In this document: piece after piece, positions 36,942-49,479 of the stretch
Layout: the number at the start of each line of letters is the position of its first letter
Position numbering within the stretch: position 1 is the first letter of the stretch
Assembly (NCBI GenBank): GCA_002269645.1
Contig: NIVC01002494.1
Location: 104,631 to 168,630, forward strand
Direction of reading: 5' to 3'
From: Macrostomum lignano
Taxonomy: Eukaryota
DNA length: 64,000 bases
Notes under the pieces: model-generated
The model's input: the letters and a program-made list of their open reading frames with translations, nothing else
Told to the model about the DNA's origin: nothing
Databases searched by the model: none
Made by a program: the position numbers and the translations under genes

Positions 36942-38262
36942 TATTTTTCTTGGCTGATGGTTGACTGATTTACTAGCTGATAAATCAACTGGCTACGTTT
37001 AACTCAAAGCGAAGCCGCTCGCTCACTTTGCTCTCGGGCCTGTTCTCACGTTTGAGCCATAGAAGGCAGAAAATACGCACGCTTGTAAAGTACGATGTGT
37101 CTGCAAAGAGATCTATGGCTAGAAGGCCGTAATAGAGTTGCAAAACGATAGATGAAGTTAGTTGAGAAAAAGTGGAAATGATATTTGAAAACGATGTTCA
37201 CACTATCATTTGTGGATGTTTATAGAGTGGTGAGTAGCGTAGCTACTCTGAGTTAGCGAACGCGTCGGGAAGGGGCCGCCCCCGGGCCTTTGTGGGCTCT
37301 CCGTTGTGCGTGCTCTGTCTGTTGGGGTGGTGGGTGCTTGAGTCCCCCACCCCGGCCGTTGGAGGGGGGGTTTAGGCCGCGCGGGACTGCTCTGGCCCAG
37401 CTACACTGCCTCGCGTTTGCACGCTCAACTTTTTTATTCTGTTTTATTTTCCCCTTTTTAAAGCGACATTTGTCTTTAAATCGCCTTCGTGCTGAGCCCA
37501 TTAAAAATATTCAACCAATAACAGGGGCCTGTTCCGCCCGGGTTCGTCTCCCTCGCCCGTCGTGTCTTGCCTTCGCCTTCCTTCCTCGGCTTCGTTTGTT
37601 AACGGCTCTTATTAGTGTTTTGAGTGAGCTGCGCCTCACAAAGCCCTTGCCCCGATCCCTGTGCTCTCCGCCTCTCCTCTGCCTGCCGCTGGTTCATTCT
37701 GGTCTGCCCTCCACCGTGGAATTCTTCATTTTATTTTCCTCGTTTCCATTTTTATTGGCTGGCGTCTTTTCGTCTCTCTCCCGTTTGGGCTAGTAAAATC
37801 ATGTCTCTCGACGCGGAGGCACCTGATTGGCTAGCCTTCCCCGAGTGAAAAACACGATAGGGAAGATATAAAATTTGAGAATTACTGTGCGAATAAAGTG
37901 TGTTAGGGGTGGCGGGGTGGCGTCTGCGTTGGGGGGTTGTCGCGGGGCGGCTAGCTTTTTAACCCCCAACTTGTGCTCTGCTCGCGGTGTCGCACATCTG
38001 CTCATTTTTTTTAAAATTCGAAGTGATGCATTCTTTGATTCTTAGTTGTTTTTAAATACCAATTTCAAATAATACGCTCATAGTTCATCGAACAGCCTTT
38101 CAAATAAATAACTCGTCGAACAGCCAGGGGTTGCTCCCCTGCTCGCTGCTTTGTGCCCACGTTCTGCGTTCGGTCTTCGTCACTCGCCTAACCCCCAATA
38201 GAGGAAAAAATGACAACATTGGATCCTAAAAGTTGACGTCACAAAAAGTAGATTTAAACAAA

Positions 38263-38491
38263 TTGACAGTTCACAGATATTGACAGTTCACAGATATGAC
38301 AGTTCACAGATATTGACAGTTCACAGATATTGACAGTTCACAGATATGACAGTTCACAGATATTGACAGTTTACAGATATTGACAGTTCACAGATATTGA
38401 CAGTTCACAGATATTGACAGTTCACAGATATTGACAGTTCACAGATATTGACAGTTCACAGATATTGACAGTTCACAGATATTGACAGTTC
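38263..38491 (+). repeat. 17-bp tandem repeat (TTGACAGTTCACAGATA, ~13 units)
   Basis: Direct read. Confidence 0.97.
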
Positions 38492-38699
38492 AAATCACTT
38501 GTGCTGCACTTCTGCACTTCCGCACTTCGCCGCACGCGGATGCGGTCGCGTCGCCAGCGGCCCCTCTCGAGTTTCCGGATCTCCACGGAGGGCACCGGCC
38601 GTTGTCTCTAGCGAAGCGTCCGAGACTGGACCTTGGGTGACCAGCTTGACGGCTGTGCAATGAGGCCAGCAGGAAGCGCCGTCGCGGTGCAGCTTCAGT

Positions 38700-39010
38700 G
38701 AGTTTCCAGACACTCGTTCGACTTTCCAGGCACCGCTCTCGAATGGCGTCTGTGCCTTCCGAGCTCCGACGCGACGCCATCGCCGACCCGGATCCCGCAG
38801 CTGCGTGGCCTATGCTTTGCGTCTGCGTGTCGTTTCATTTTCGCCTTGGCGCTGGCATCGGTTTGACGCAGCTGCTGCTCGTTAATTCTGACTCGCTGAG
38901 ATGGCTTGATGGCTGGGATGATGTCATTTGGGCGGCGATCCATCAGCAGCTCCGCCGGCGAGCGCCCCGTGGCCGCATGTGGGCTGTGAATGTCATGAAG
39001 CAAGAAACTC
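38700..39010 (-). mobile_element. Gypsy-type integrase C-terminal relic
   Basis: PHAATGRSPAELLMDRRP...AKAKMKRHADAKHRPR..IRVGD. Confidence 0.8.
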
Positions 39011-39019
39011 TTCATGATC

Positions 39020-40160
39020 CGATCCCCCTTTGATCGATCCGCCTTCGATCCCCCTTTCAAAACTCCGGACTTGACGGTGTTTGACAATGTCAGGGAAGTT
39101 GAGGAAGCTCTCATCCGAAGACAACTCAAGCTCAATGCCCAGAAAGCAAGAAAACTGCAAATGCAAACTCGAGGCTTCAAGCTAAAGCTGAAAGAAAAGT
39201 TGAGCTTTCTGGCCTACGCCGTGCTCTCTCAACTCGTCTCACGAGCTGTGAATGTCCAAGCCCAACAAGACAAGACGAGACTGGAGGCAAAATTGGGTAG
39301 ACTATGGCTCGAAAAGCAGACAAAGAGTGGTGCCCCGAACCATGGAGGAAGGAATAGAATGGAGTGCTGATCTGAGCCAGTTATTTTTATCTCGCTCGAT
39401 TTTCGCTTTTAACATCCCTTTCCCCCCGTTCCTTCGTATTGGCTGAAAGCATATTTTGCTGCGAGCCCTTACTATACTGGGACATACCTTTCTGAGGGGA
39501 ACGAAAACGAAAACGAGACGAAAAATACTTTGTCTATGGCAGTCACGAGCCAATAGCAAAGAACGGGGGGAAAAGGATGTTAAACACGCCTATTAAGATA
39601 GTTTTCCGCACTACTAAGGTCGGCCAATACGTTGTAGACTGAAATCCCATGTTCCTCTTGCTCTGGCGGCAGGTGTTGTGTATAAGTTATCTTGTTCTGT
39701 TGACCAGAACATTACTTATATAGGTAAAACTAAAATGCACTTGTACACCAGAGTCAGAGAGCATTGGTTGAAAAGGTCGGCTATCCAAGACCACCTGCTT
39801 TGTTGCAACAGTTGTTGCGAAACTGAGCAAACTCGGCAGTTCAAAATTATTGATCGGTGTAGGACTGACTTCAGGCTCAATATACTTGAATCCATGTACA
39901 TTAAAAACCAAAACCAAATCTGAATATTCAGCTCTCCCATAGTGGTGCGGGCCATTTGCTCAAGGTGTTCTAAGTGAAGGCACTAACCTGAACAATGTAC
40001 TCGTAATCTCTGCTCACTGACTTTGAAAATTCTGCCCATGATACGCCCCTTGGACTGTACAGTAAACATTTGTTATTATCTCTTATAAAAGTTTTTGTGT
40101 GAGTAAAAATACACCAGACCCTGAAGATGGTCCTTGTTGGACCGAAACGCGTCGAAATAA
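39020..40160 (+). mobile_element. Penelope-like element relic (N-terminal piece, GIY-YIG endonuclease, 3' pseudo-LTR)
   Basis: VYKLSCS...YIGKTKMHLYTRVREH...LESMYIK is GIY-YIG-like; the 3' end has CCTGAAGATG...CGAAACGCGTCG typical of PLE ends; RT is largely deleted. Confidence 0.8.
40121..40153 (+). ncRNA. Candidate minimal type I hammerhead ribozyme core in the Penelope pseudo-LTR
   Basis: CUGAAGA-U-GGUCC-UUGUU-GGACC-GAAAC-GC-GUC; stem II perfect, palindromic stem III; stem I only ~1 bp in this copy. Confidence 0.5.
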
Positions 40161-40217
40161 TATAATCTATGTTGGTTTTCACTTTTTAAATTTCTGTGCC
40201 TTCTAAAGCGTGCTACC

Positions 40218-40990
40218 TTACCTCAATTTTACATTTTTGTGGATTCCGGGTAATACCTTTTCTGATAGGCGACTGAGGCACGCGTCCAGACTGCTGTTGT
40301 GCTCCTGCATTGTTCTACCGAACACGACGATGTCGTCGTGTATCCATTTTACGTTGGGCAGACCGGCTAGGACCCGACTCATGACGCTCTGCAGGATTTC
40401 TTGGGCTGCTGACAGTCCCATGCATAGCCGGGTGAGCCGACAGAGTCCACGCGGCGTCGAGATCGTCAGTAGATTGCGGCAGTTCTCGGCAACTGGAACC
40501 TGATAAAAGGCCTTGGCAATAACGTCCAGCTCTGAGAAGAACTTACTATCGAACATATCTTCCGTAACCTCCTCAAACGTTGGGATCTGATGTCGCTCTC
40601 GGATTACGTAGGGCTTGACGTCCCGGAGGTCTTGGGTGATGCGAACTTCCCCTGGCTCTTTCTTTGGCACGATGACCATGCGGGCTACCCACAGGGCTGG
40701 ACCTTCTACCGGTTTGAAGATGCCTAGCTCTTCCAGCGCCTGCAGCTTATTGTCAACAGCGTCTGCCAAGTGGATTGGCACCTTCGATGGCGCATGACAG
40801 ACTGGACGGGCTCCGTGAAACATGTGGACGGTAGCTGATGTGCCAGTGTAGCAGCCGACTCCCTCCAGCACTGCCGCATGTCGATGCAGGATGCTGCTGA
40901 TGGTCGTGATATCGGACTCAGTCGCACCGCTGACTCGCATACCCGCCAGGAGCTGCTCGATTGCATTTGTTGCCGCTGACATCTGCAGCT
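40218..40990 (-). mobile_element. Gypsy-type reverse transcriptase relic
   Basis: WVARMVIVPKK..GEVRITQDLR, AFYQVPV, RLCMGLSAAQEILQ, IHDDIVVFG. Confidence 0.9.
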
Positions 40991-41850
40991 GCAGTTTCGG
41001 ACTGGAGGACGGCCCGGATCGAACGGAAGGCCGCCCAGGCAAGTCCTCTGCGCCGCCGGAGGTCTTCTTCCACGTGGGGAACCAGACCGCCGAGGTAGGT
41101 GAACCGCTGGCAGCGTGCGAGCCTTGTGTTCTGCCCGTCTGCGCCGCGGCACGTCACTTCCGCTGGGATGTCCACCGGGACAGTCAGCACCTTGGTCTTT
41201 AGCGTGTTGACAACGAGACCGACGCTCGATGCCATCTCGACCAGCCTGTCGATCTGGTGCTGGGCGCCTTCAACGGACGAGGACAGGAGGGCGAGGTCGT
41301 CGGCGTAGCCAAGCACGCTTAGGCGCTTTTCGTCGTGGCGTCTGCGCAGCAGGAAGCCGTCATTAGCCGAGGTGAGTGCGGTCTAAAGCACCCAGTTCAG
41401 CAGCAGCACGAAGAGGAACGGCGCTAGCGTGTCGCCCTGCAGAACTCCTGATGAAGTGTCGAACAGGTCAGACAGGCCACTCGCCGTCACCATAACAGCT
41501 CGAGTATCGCAATACAGCGCCATGACAGCGTCGATTAGCTGCTGGGGCACCCGGTAGGCTCGAAGGACAAAGGGAAGCGCGGCTCTCAACACCGAGTCAA
41601 ACGCCTTTCGAAAGTCAACGAAGATTATGATCAGCGTAGACTGGCGGATGCGCGCCTCCTCGATGACACGGCAGAGTGCGAGGATCTGTGTCACTGTACC
41701 GCGTTACGGCCGGAATCCGTTCTGCTCGTACCGCAGGTACGGGTCTAGCACCGACTGCAGACGATCGAGCAGCAGCCGGTTGAAGAGCTTCGCGGAGCAG
41801 GACATCAGCGAGATCCCGCGGTGGTCTTCTTTCCGCGTTATCACTGTCCC
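40990..41850 (-). mobile_element. RTE-like LINE reverse transcriptase relic
   Basis: EQNGFRP, VDFRKAFDSV, GVLQGDTLAPFLF, GYADDLAL, FTYLGG; in-frame stops. Confidence 0.9.
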
Positions 41851-43010
41851 TGACAATTATAGCATAAATGCGGCGAAGCATGGCAGCGCTGATATCTGAC
41901 AGCCTCATATCTTACACTGGTTTGCTTCAGATTTCACGAACTTTATGTGCCAAACTTGCAGACCACACAAAACCGAAGTGCACAGAGTTATATTTGATGA
42001 TGCAGGAGGGACTAAGTGACGAAGATTCAGCGAAAAATCCAAGGTCTCACAGCACCAACTCACCAGCCAACTCATTAAGTATTCACAACTATTCACAACT
42101 ATTCTCAGCTCACAACTATTCTAGAGTACAAGCAATAGCATAGTTAAGGAAAAGCCACGACTGTCAACCACCGATTTCCCCGAGTAAAGTACGTTACTTT
42201 CAGGTCACAAACAGACATTATAAGAACAATTAAAAAGCCAATTGTTTTAATGCGTTTGAAACAAATGGATCAGCTTATTTTTTGTATTTTCTGCACAGTG
42301 TATTTGTAATTTTATTTTTCTGAGCGCTTGCGAATCATGCGCAAATTCATACTGAAATATTTAGCTATTGTTATTAGTCATGTCAATATCGCAGCTTTAA
42401 ATTTTACATCAAAAACGGAGTTGATGAGAATTTTCCGGTCACTTTTGCCCGATTAAAATAACTTGATTCAAAATAAAAATACCACTGAAACTATCGCTAC
42501 CTCTACTCACATTTTGGAGAATTTGGCTCGTACACCGAAGCCAGTACAAAAACAGATAATGCTGGCGTCCAAGCTAATAATTTACAGGTTTGATGATCCA
42601 AGAATAGAATAATTTGACAGCAATTGGATTTGCGATATCAAAGCAATTAAGTACACTGACTGGGTTGGCTTAGAAATTATGACAAATAATGAGCGGATTG
42701 GATACACTGAATGAACGATATGGGTCAGGCTTGAGAATACTAATTTGGTTTGATTGCAGTACAGATAATCGTAAATCACAGTGTATAGCAATTGGAATAC
42801 AGCTTAGCTACTTCCTATTGGTACTTCTTACTCTAATAACTTGCGTCGGTCTCTGAAGAATCCGAGTAGAGGAACGGAAATAGCATTTTCTGTAGAACGA
42901 AGCCAAGGCTACTTGTCAATATGAAATGAGGAGTCTATTCAGTGAGTGAGTTTTAATTAGCTCAGAGCCAACAAGGCATCTCCTATGTCGCTGCTGACTG
43001 AACTGCGAGC

Positions 43011-46000
43011 TCATTGAATCAGCCACTGCTGTGCGGATACCGTGAGGACAGCCAGAGAGCAGACGGTTCCAGCATTGAGCCACGCCAGATCCACATTTAG
43101 TTGAGCCGACGACTTGGTCGTGGAATTGGCCATGGAATTAGCCGTGAACTTGGTCGTTGACTTCGCCTTGTTCGAGTCGTTCGAAAAAATTTTCGGCGCA
43201 TTTAGGTGGAGATGGGGGAACTTGTACGGCCTAGATAACATGGTCATAGTGCTGCTGCGAGCTGCTGACATGCTGGCCTTAGTGCCGTGGCCTCCATACC
43301 ATGGCATGCTAGTCTTAGTACGTTGGCTGGACTTGGTCACAGTGGAAGGGAGTAGGCCTAAACGCTTTTCGTCTTCAGCGGCCAAGGGCTTCTTATCTTG
43401 AATGTACAATAAACTTCTAGACAAACTGGGCACGTTTGCAGCGGAAATGGCAATCACTGCTATCCACATTGGAGGCTCATTGAGAGCCATATACTGGCTG
43501 TAGATGTTCACCGAAGATTGGTTGGTGACAGCCAGTTCCGGACAGGAGTAATAGCTGTTTACATCGGTGCAGTTGTCTCCTGATTCTTCGTAACGAAGAC
43601 TGTAGACAGGCACTTCTGTTCAAGGTAATTTGAATGTTCATAGGCATCAGTGGCTTGAAATTTTCTTGTACAAATTCATACTTCAGCTTGTATTTTAACA
43701 ATCAGCAGAGCGGTACACCTACCTGCTTTAGGCGGGAGTAGACCAGACGGATCTTCAACTGGATTCCATTTGATCTCAATTATTTTGCTTGCATATTCTC
43801 TTCTACTTATATAGGTGCCTGTGATTTTTTCAGGCACTACACGATGTTTGTCAAAGTTGGGGTCCTCCTCCTGAACAGTCAAAGTGCCGGCAGACAATTG
43901 CATTCGAGATGGGTGCGTGACAAACACAGTGACAGCGTATTGACGAGCTTTATGCACTGCATTAAGTGGTATCTGGGCGGTGTATACTCCTTCATCTGTA
44001 CGAAGAAAATGTGAGTAAAATGAGTTTCAAATCGTTGTTTAAAACAAAAAGTTTTAATACAGCTACTAAATGTTTAGTCTTTACTCACTGCCATGTTGTT
44101 CGAAAATATCAAATCGAGCCACTTCCGTGTTGCCTGCTTCGACAACTGCGTACATGCGATACTTGTGTTGAATTTGGGATTTTGGTAACAGATACACGTC
44201 GACACTGATTGAAGTATCATACTTGACCATTTTTACTTTTTTTGGTGACACTTCAATGATAGAATCTTTAGGAAGCCAGACAATTGGTTTTCCTGTGATA
44301 ACTATAGTAAGCTTTGAGGTCGCCTGTCTGCGAATCCGGCGTGCAAGACCGACTGCGAGATTCGCCAGCGTCCACTTTCCGCTCTGTAGGAGTGGCGGGT
44401 TTGAGGCGAGCCAATTACAATTGTTTTAGAGCCCTAAAGTTGGCGGTTCTTAAACACTGACAACTAACTGTCTCTTTTTTATGTTAAGAAGGTAACATGT
44501 AAATTGACTCAACTCACCTCAACCTCAGCATCAGGAATTTGCATTGTCACGGATCCGACTGCAACATCGACTGTGCAAACGGTGCTGCTGCCACCAGAGC
44601 AATTAAAAGTCCTACCGCTCGGCGACCGAAGCATGAGGCGCAGAGAGCCAACCTTGGCGGGATCGCTTGGCAGAAACAGCGAGAAGACGAGGTTGCTGCG
44701 AGGACCGATGTCGAATTCCACCGGATACCGCAGGTCAGAGGGAACTTGCCTCGAATCCAGCTGTGGGAACAGGGAACAGTTCGTACGGAGTCAAACTAAG
44801 ATGGAAGAGAAATCGGAATTTTCTCGCCCTAATCTCTCTCCTATGTATCATTTTTTTCTATATAAATTAATAGAGTATAAAAGATGCATCATGTCAAACA
44901 TAGAAGATGCCTAAAGAACCTTGTAAAGGTTAGAGTTAGGGTTAAGCTGGATAGCTGAAATACTGTGGCTCATGGAGAAGCGAGGGGTTGCCGAGGTGCC
45001 AAGGATCAATTGAAAGTTGTTGGTAGGCCAAGCTAAATGTAGATCAAAAGGAGAGTTCAAAGCCGAAAGTAGTAAAAGCATGTTGAGCAAGCTTAATAAG
45101 ATAATTCACCCTAACTCACAACAACGATACTGTTCACGCCAGCGAGATCAGATTGGAGTGAAGTCATCTGCAGTATTAGTTTGGACGCTGCGAGGTCGCT
45201 GACGACCGGACTCAATTGCGCATGACCATTGGTGCGTTCGGAAAGAATGGACATCCGCGTATCCGCCAGGTCACCGAACCGGATGGTGTGAGCTCTGAGG
45301 CTTGTTTTCGCTATAGCATCGATGGTAGCGTCCAGATCGATGCTGCATTCTTTATTTTCCTCACCATCTGAGACCAAAAGTATCTGACCACTCGATCGAT
45401 TGGTTGGACTTGTTGGGTCCTCACCTAGCAGCTGGGTTATTTGATTGAGGAGTAGGGGATTCAGTCAGTGGTACCTCGCCTGAACTATGGCTTGTCTAAG
45501 AATCTGACTGTGCGTAAATCTGTTAAATGACCAAATCACTGACCTTCATTGCCTCTTGAACAGCTTTACCAATGCAGGTCCATCCTTTTGTAGTCAGATT
45601 CGAGACGGATTGCATCAGCTGACGTCGAACAGCCGGTGAGTCAACGAGTATAAAATTTTGCAGCACAGTGGCATTGTGATCAAAGCTGATCAGGGCGCAC
45701 TCTGACCCGGTCTCCAGAGTGTAGGCAATGTAATGGTTCACTGCACCAATCAAACTTTTCAATCGGTTGTCCTGAATGAATCCAAATGAGTAAGAATGAA
45801 TCAATCAATAAATAATTAATCGAGCCATCTCTATTGCGCAAGGCTTATTGAAAAAATATTCCTCTTGATCACAAAAATGTTGAGAAAGGTTCCAAAGTTG
45901 CAACGAGCACAGCATGGAATTGAGGCAAAGAAGTGATGCAACTGAGACAAAGCAAGCGGCTTCTCACCGTATCCATGCTACCGGAGATATCCATGACGAT

Positions 46001-47615
46001 CACAACGCGGCGTCTCTTGGGTTCAACCACCAGACGAACATTGAAATTCGAGTTCATTGTAGTAGCAGAGTTGATAGGCCGCAGAAAATCCTCGTGGTCT
46101 CTGATTACCTCCGCAGCGCTGCGTCGATGGCAATACTTGTTGTGTAAATTTTCGGCATCCTTGTTGTGCCTGTGCCTGGGGTCGGAGACCTTAAAGTCCG
46201 CATCGCAGAAGCGGGTCACTCCGGCGCTGTAGGGCGCGAACAGGAACGAGGCAACGTTGGAGTACGCAGGCTCGGTCACCACGATTTTGCAGTTGGGTTC
46301 GCCGAATTTGCAGCTGCGTCCGGTTTGATTGCCGCTGGCCACTTCCGCCTTCACCTGCAGGTCCGGGTTGCAGGAAGCGAGCCTGGGAAGAACTCTGTTA
46401 AAAGGATCCTTGTTCTTCTGTATCGGGTCACCCAGTGGGGCTTCGCTGAACAGGCCCCAGCGGAACTGCGAAAAGTACAGCGCCATAGTCCTGGCCACCG
46501 CTGTGGGATGTGCGGATTGGAGTGAAGCCGTGGCAGCAATGGGGAAGAGTTGTGGCTTCTTTAAGTTTTTGGACTTTTTCAACGTGATTGATTTTTAAAT
46601 CAAGAGCTACTAGATCAATTGATGCCAGCCTGAATGCGCATAAAATCCAGCCTAAATTTTCTATCAAATTTTAGAAGTTCTAATGAAGAAGTTGCAAAGT
46701 ATTATGTTTTTAGTTGTATGGAGAACTGATAGAGAACTGATCGTTTTCTATAGTAGCAGATGTTTGAATACCGTATGCTGCTATTTTGCTTGATAAGAAA
46801 GAACACTAGACTATCCTTGCTTACGGAGCAGTTTCATTATTAAATACACTCGATGATTCACTCTGCACAATCTTTATGTGCTAATTTGACTTTCTGCTCT
46901 CTGTCCAGTAGCATAAGCGCATATTTGCTTAATATTTTGTCTTGACATGCAAATATTTCAAGGAGAAAATAATGACTAGCTGCTCAATGACAAGCATCAA
47001 GAAAATTAACTAATCAAGTATCAACAGAATTCTTACGTCTGTAGACGATGCTGGCCTCGAGGCTCTTGGTCGAGAGTTTTACAATTTTTGCTTGAACTCC
47101 ACAGATGCTTTTATTCAAGACACCCTCATCAGACTCCTTGATGTCTGGAGAGACAACGAAATCCGCGTTCTCTGGCTGCTGCCACGTCGCCGGGTACAGC
47201 TGAAGCCTTGAATTGTTCAATTCAGCGAGCTTCTCACCCAGACTGTGCGGCAGCAGCACGCTGACCTCGCCGAAGCCGAGACGGCGGCCCACAGTATGGG
47301 TGAGCTTCTCCAAGATGTCCGAGGCCTCCCGAAGGGCGGTCTGAAAGGTCAAAGCAGCACTGGATATTCTCCCAGACTTCAGTTTCAATATTACACAATT
47401 AAAGCGTATATCGCATTATGCCTCACCTGCAGCACATGAAGTAGATGAGCATAGTACTTCTCCTGCACGTTGCCGTCTGCAGGTATTTGCACAAAGACTA
47501 GCAAGTCGTTATAGTAGCCGTCATCAGCGAGATGCAGTTTGCTTGACGCATCGAGCTGGATGCAAAAAGCAGCCAGAAAAGTCATGAAGATTGTGCTGGC
47601 GTTTTTTAGCCTCAT
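43011..47615 (-). CDS. Full-length CLCA-like protein (~993 aa), 9 exons: 47615-47427, 47340-47037, 46500-45968, 45771-45544, 45431-45120, 44760-44518, 44383-44089, 43995-43723, 43615-43011
   Basis: Exon lengths sum to 2982 nt in one open frame with GT-AG sites; CLCA N-domain, vWA MIDAS (DISGS, WTCIG, SDGE), FN3-like region, S/T stalk, hydrophobic C-terminus. Confidence 0.88.
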
Positions 47616-48161
47616 GTTTAAGGATCCTGTGCAGATAAAAGTTGGCAGAATTTCTATACTGAGCGTTGGCTCTGCAACAGATGAACTGGGGCTGGCAGGC
47701 AACTCAGCTCGAAGCGAAGCCGCTCCTCTCGATCTCGACCTGTACTCGCATCAGAGCCATGGGAGTTTCAGCCACAGACAGAAATTCTGCTGAGCTTAAA
47801 GCTTCGTGCATTAGTTGATTGCTGTATAAAAGTACTTTTAGACGAAACTCCAAAACAGGGCGGCTCGAGCGGCAGTAAGCGGCAAATAGTCTATGGGCCT
47901 GAGGGCGGTCAGGCTTAGGAAACAGGTTCAAGTTGAACTTGGGATAACAAAATATCAAAGCAGACAGTGCTTTTCAGTGAAAGAGTGAGAAAAGAACAAG
48001 ATGTACTTTTATTAATCGTTGTCATTCTTGAAATTAATTTAATAACAAATTAAGCCATGAGAATCAGGCAATGAGGCAAACAAAGCGGCGTTTGGCGAGC
48101 AAGAGGCGGATAAGCTGCGCGGCAGCATAAATAGGCAGGCAGCCTCACAGTTTAAACCCGT

Positions 48162-48410
48162 TTGAAATGGTGGCTCCTTCATGTTTAACATGATGACACT
48201 TTTATGTTTGAAATGGTGGCTCTTTTATGTTTGACATGATGGCACTTTTATGTTTGAAATGGTGGCTCCTTCATGTTTAACATGATGGCACTTTTATGTT
48301 TGAAATGGTGGCTCTTTTATGTTTGACATGATGGCACTTTTATGTTTGAAATGGTGGCTCTTTTATGTTTGACATGGTGGCTCTTTTATGTTTGAAATGG
48401 TGGCTCTTTT
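48162..48410 (+). repeat. 23-bp tandem repeat with alternating 46-bp dimer structure
   Basis: CTTTTATGTTTGAAATGGTGGCT alternating with CTTTTATGTTTGACATGATGGCA. Confidence 0.9.
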
Positions 48411-48639
48411 ATGTTTGGCTCTCACAGTTTAAACCCCATCACCCCGCACCACGTACATTGGCAAGCGACTGAACGCGACAGAGTAGTGGACACAATAAAC
48501 CATGAGGATCTGGAAAGGCAAGAAGGCAAACAAAGCGCGTTTGGCGAGCAAGAGGCGGAGATAGCGCAACGAAGCGTTAAAGGGGGAGCAGAAAACAAAC
48601 ACCCAACCCCAAAGAGGATAAGACAGTTAGAGTTGAGAC

Positions 48640-49290
48640 GGGAAAATTAAAAATGCGACACCATCTGACCGACCGCCCGAGACTTGCGGGCAACAGAATC
48701 ACCGTCACTGAAGAAGTAGCGCTTCACACAGTCAGAGCGCCAGTCACCCAGGGCCATGATATCAGGCAAGGCCACCCACCCCTTCCTGCAGGGCAAAGCT
48801 GGCCCCACCGTGCCGCAGGCTGTGGCCGGAGAAGGTGGACGGGTTGAAACCGCAGTTACGCAGTGCCTGCCGCAGAAGCGGGGTCAGCATACGAGGCTTC
48901 AAACGCAGCCTCCGCGAGCCCACGAGGTAGGAGAACAACGGGACGGTGGCGCCCATGCGATTCTGGCGCAGGTGGTGCAACACCACACTGACAGGGCACC
49001 AGGCGGCACCGGCCAGGTAGGGCAGCTGCACCGTGCGGACACGCTGGCCGAACTGGTTGGTCTTGGACCGCTGCAGCTGCAGTACCAGCCCAGAACCGGA
49101 ACAGGACAGATGGCTAGAGCGCAGCAGGTCGCCGACTCGGATCAGCTCCCACCAGGCCACCAGAAAGGCGGCGCAGAATGCAGACCACAGCTAGGTTCGG
49201 GGCGAAGCCTCGACGGGCCGCAGGGTCGCTCGCAAGCCGCCGCAGGTGAGCAGGCTCGAGCCCCGTCGCCTGCTTGGTCTGTAGCCCCAG
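48640..49290 (-). mobile_element. DIRS/Ngaro-type tyrosine recombinase relic
   Basis: AFLVAWWELIRVGDL, RSKTNQF, WCPV, FSGHSLRHGGASFA, then a frameshift to ..GDWRSDCVKRYF. Confidence 0.85.
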
Positions 49291-49479
49291 GAAGCGCCGA
49301 GCGCCCCTTAAAAGGAACTGCAGCCGTGCCGCATATCAGACAGGGTAAAAACAGAGCCCAGCAGTCCCTACACTATAGCTTTAGCACAGATACAGTGATT
49401 TGAGTTGATAAGTATAATAAGCTTGTTATATCTGCTGAGCTCATCTGCTGAAATCGTTCTGCCCGTTTACATGCGTGCA

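Noticed and set aside
42852-42885. CTGAAGA...GAAA as a second hammerhead
   Set aside because: Stem II only ~2 bp and no GUH-containing stem III
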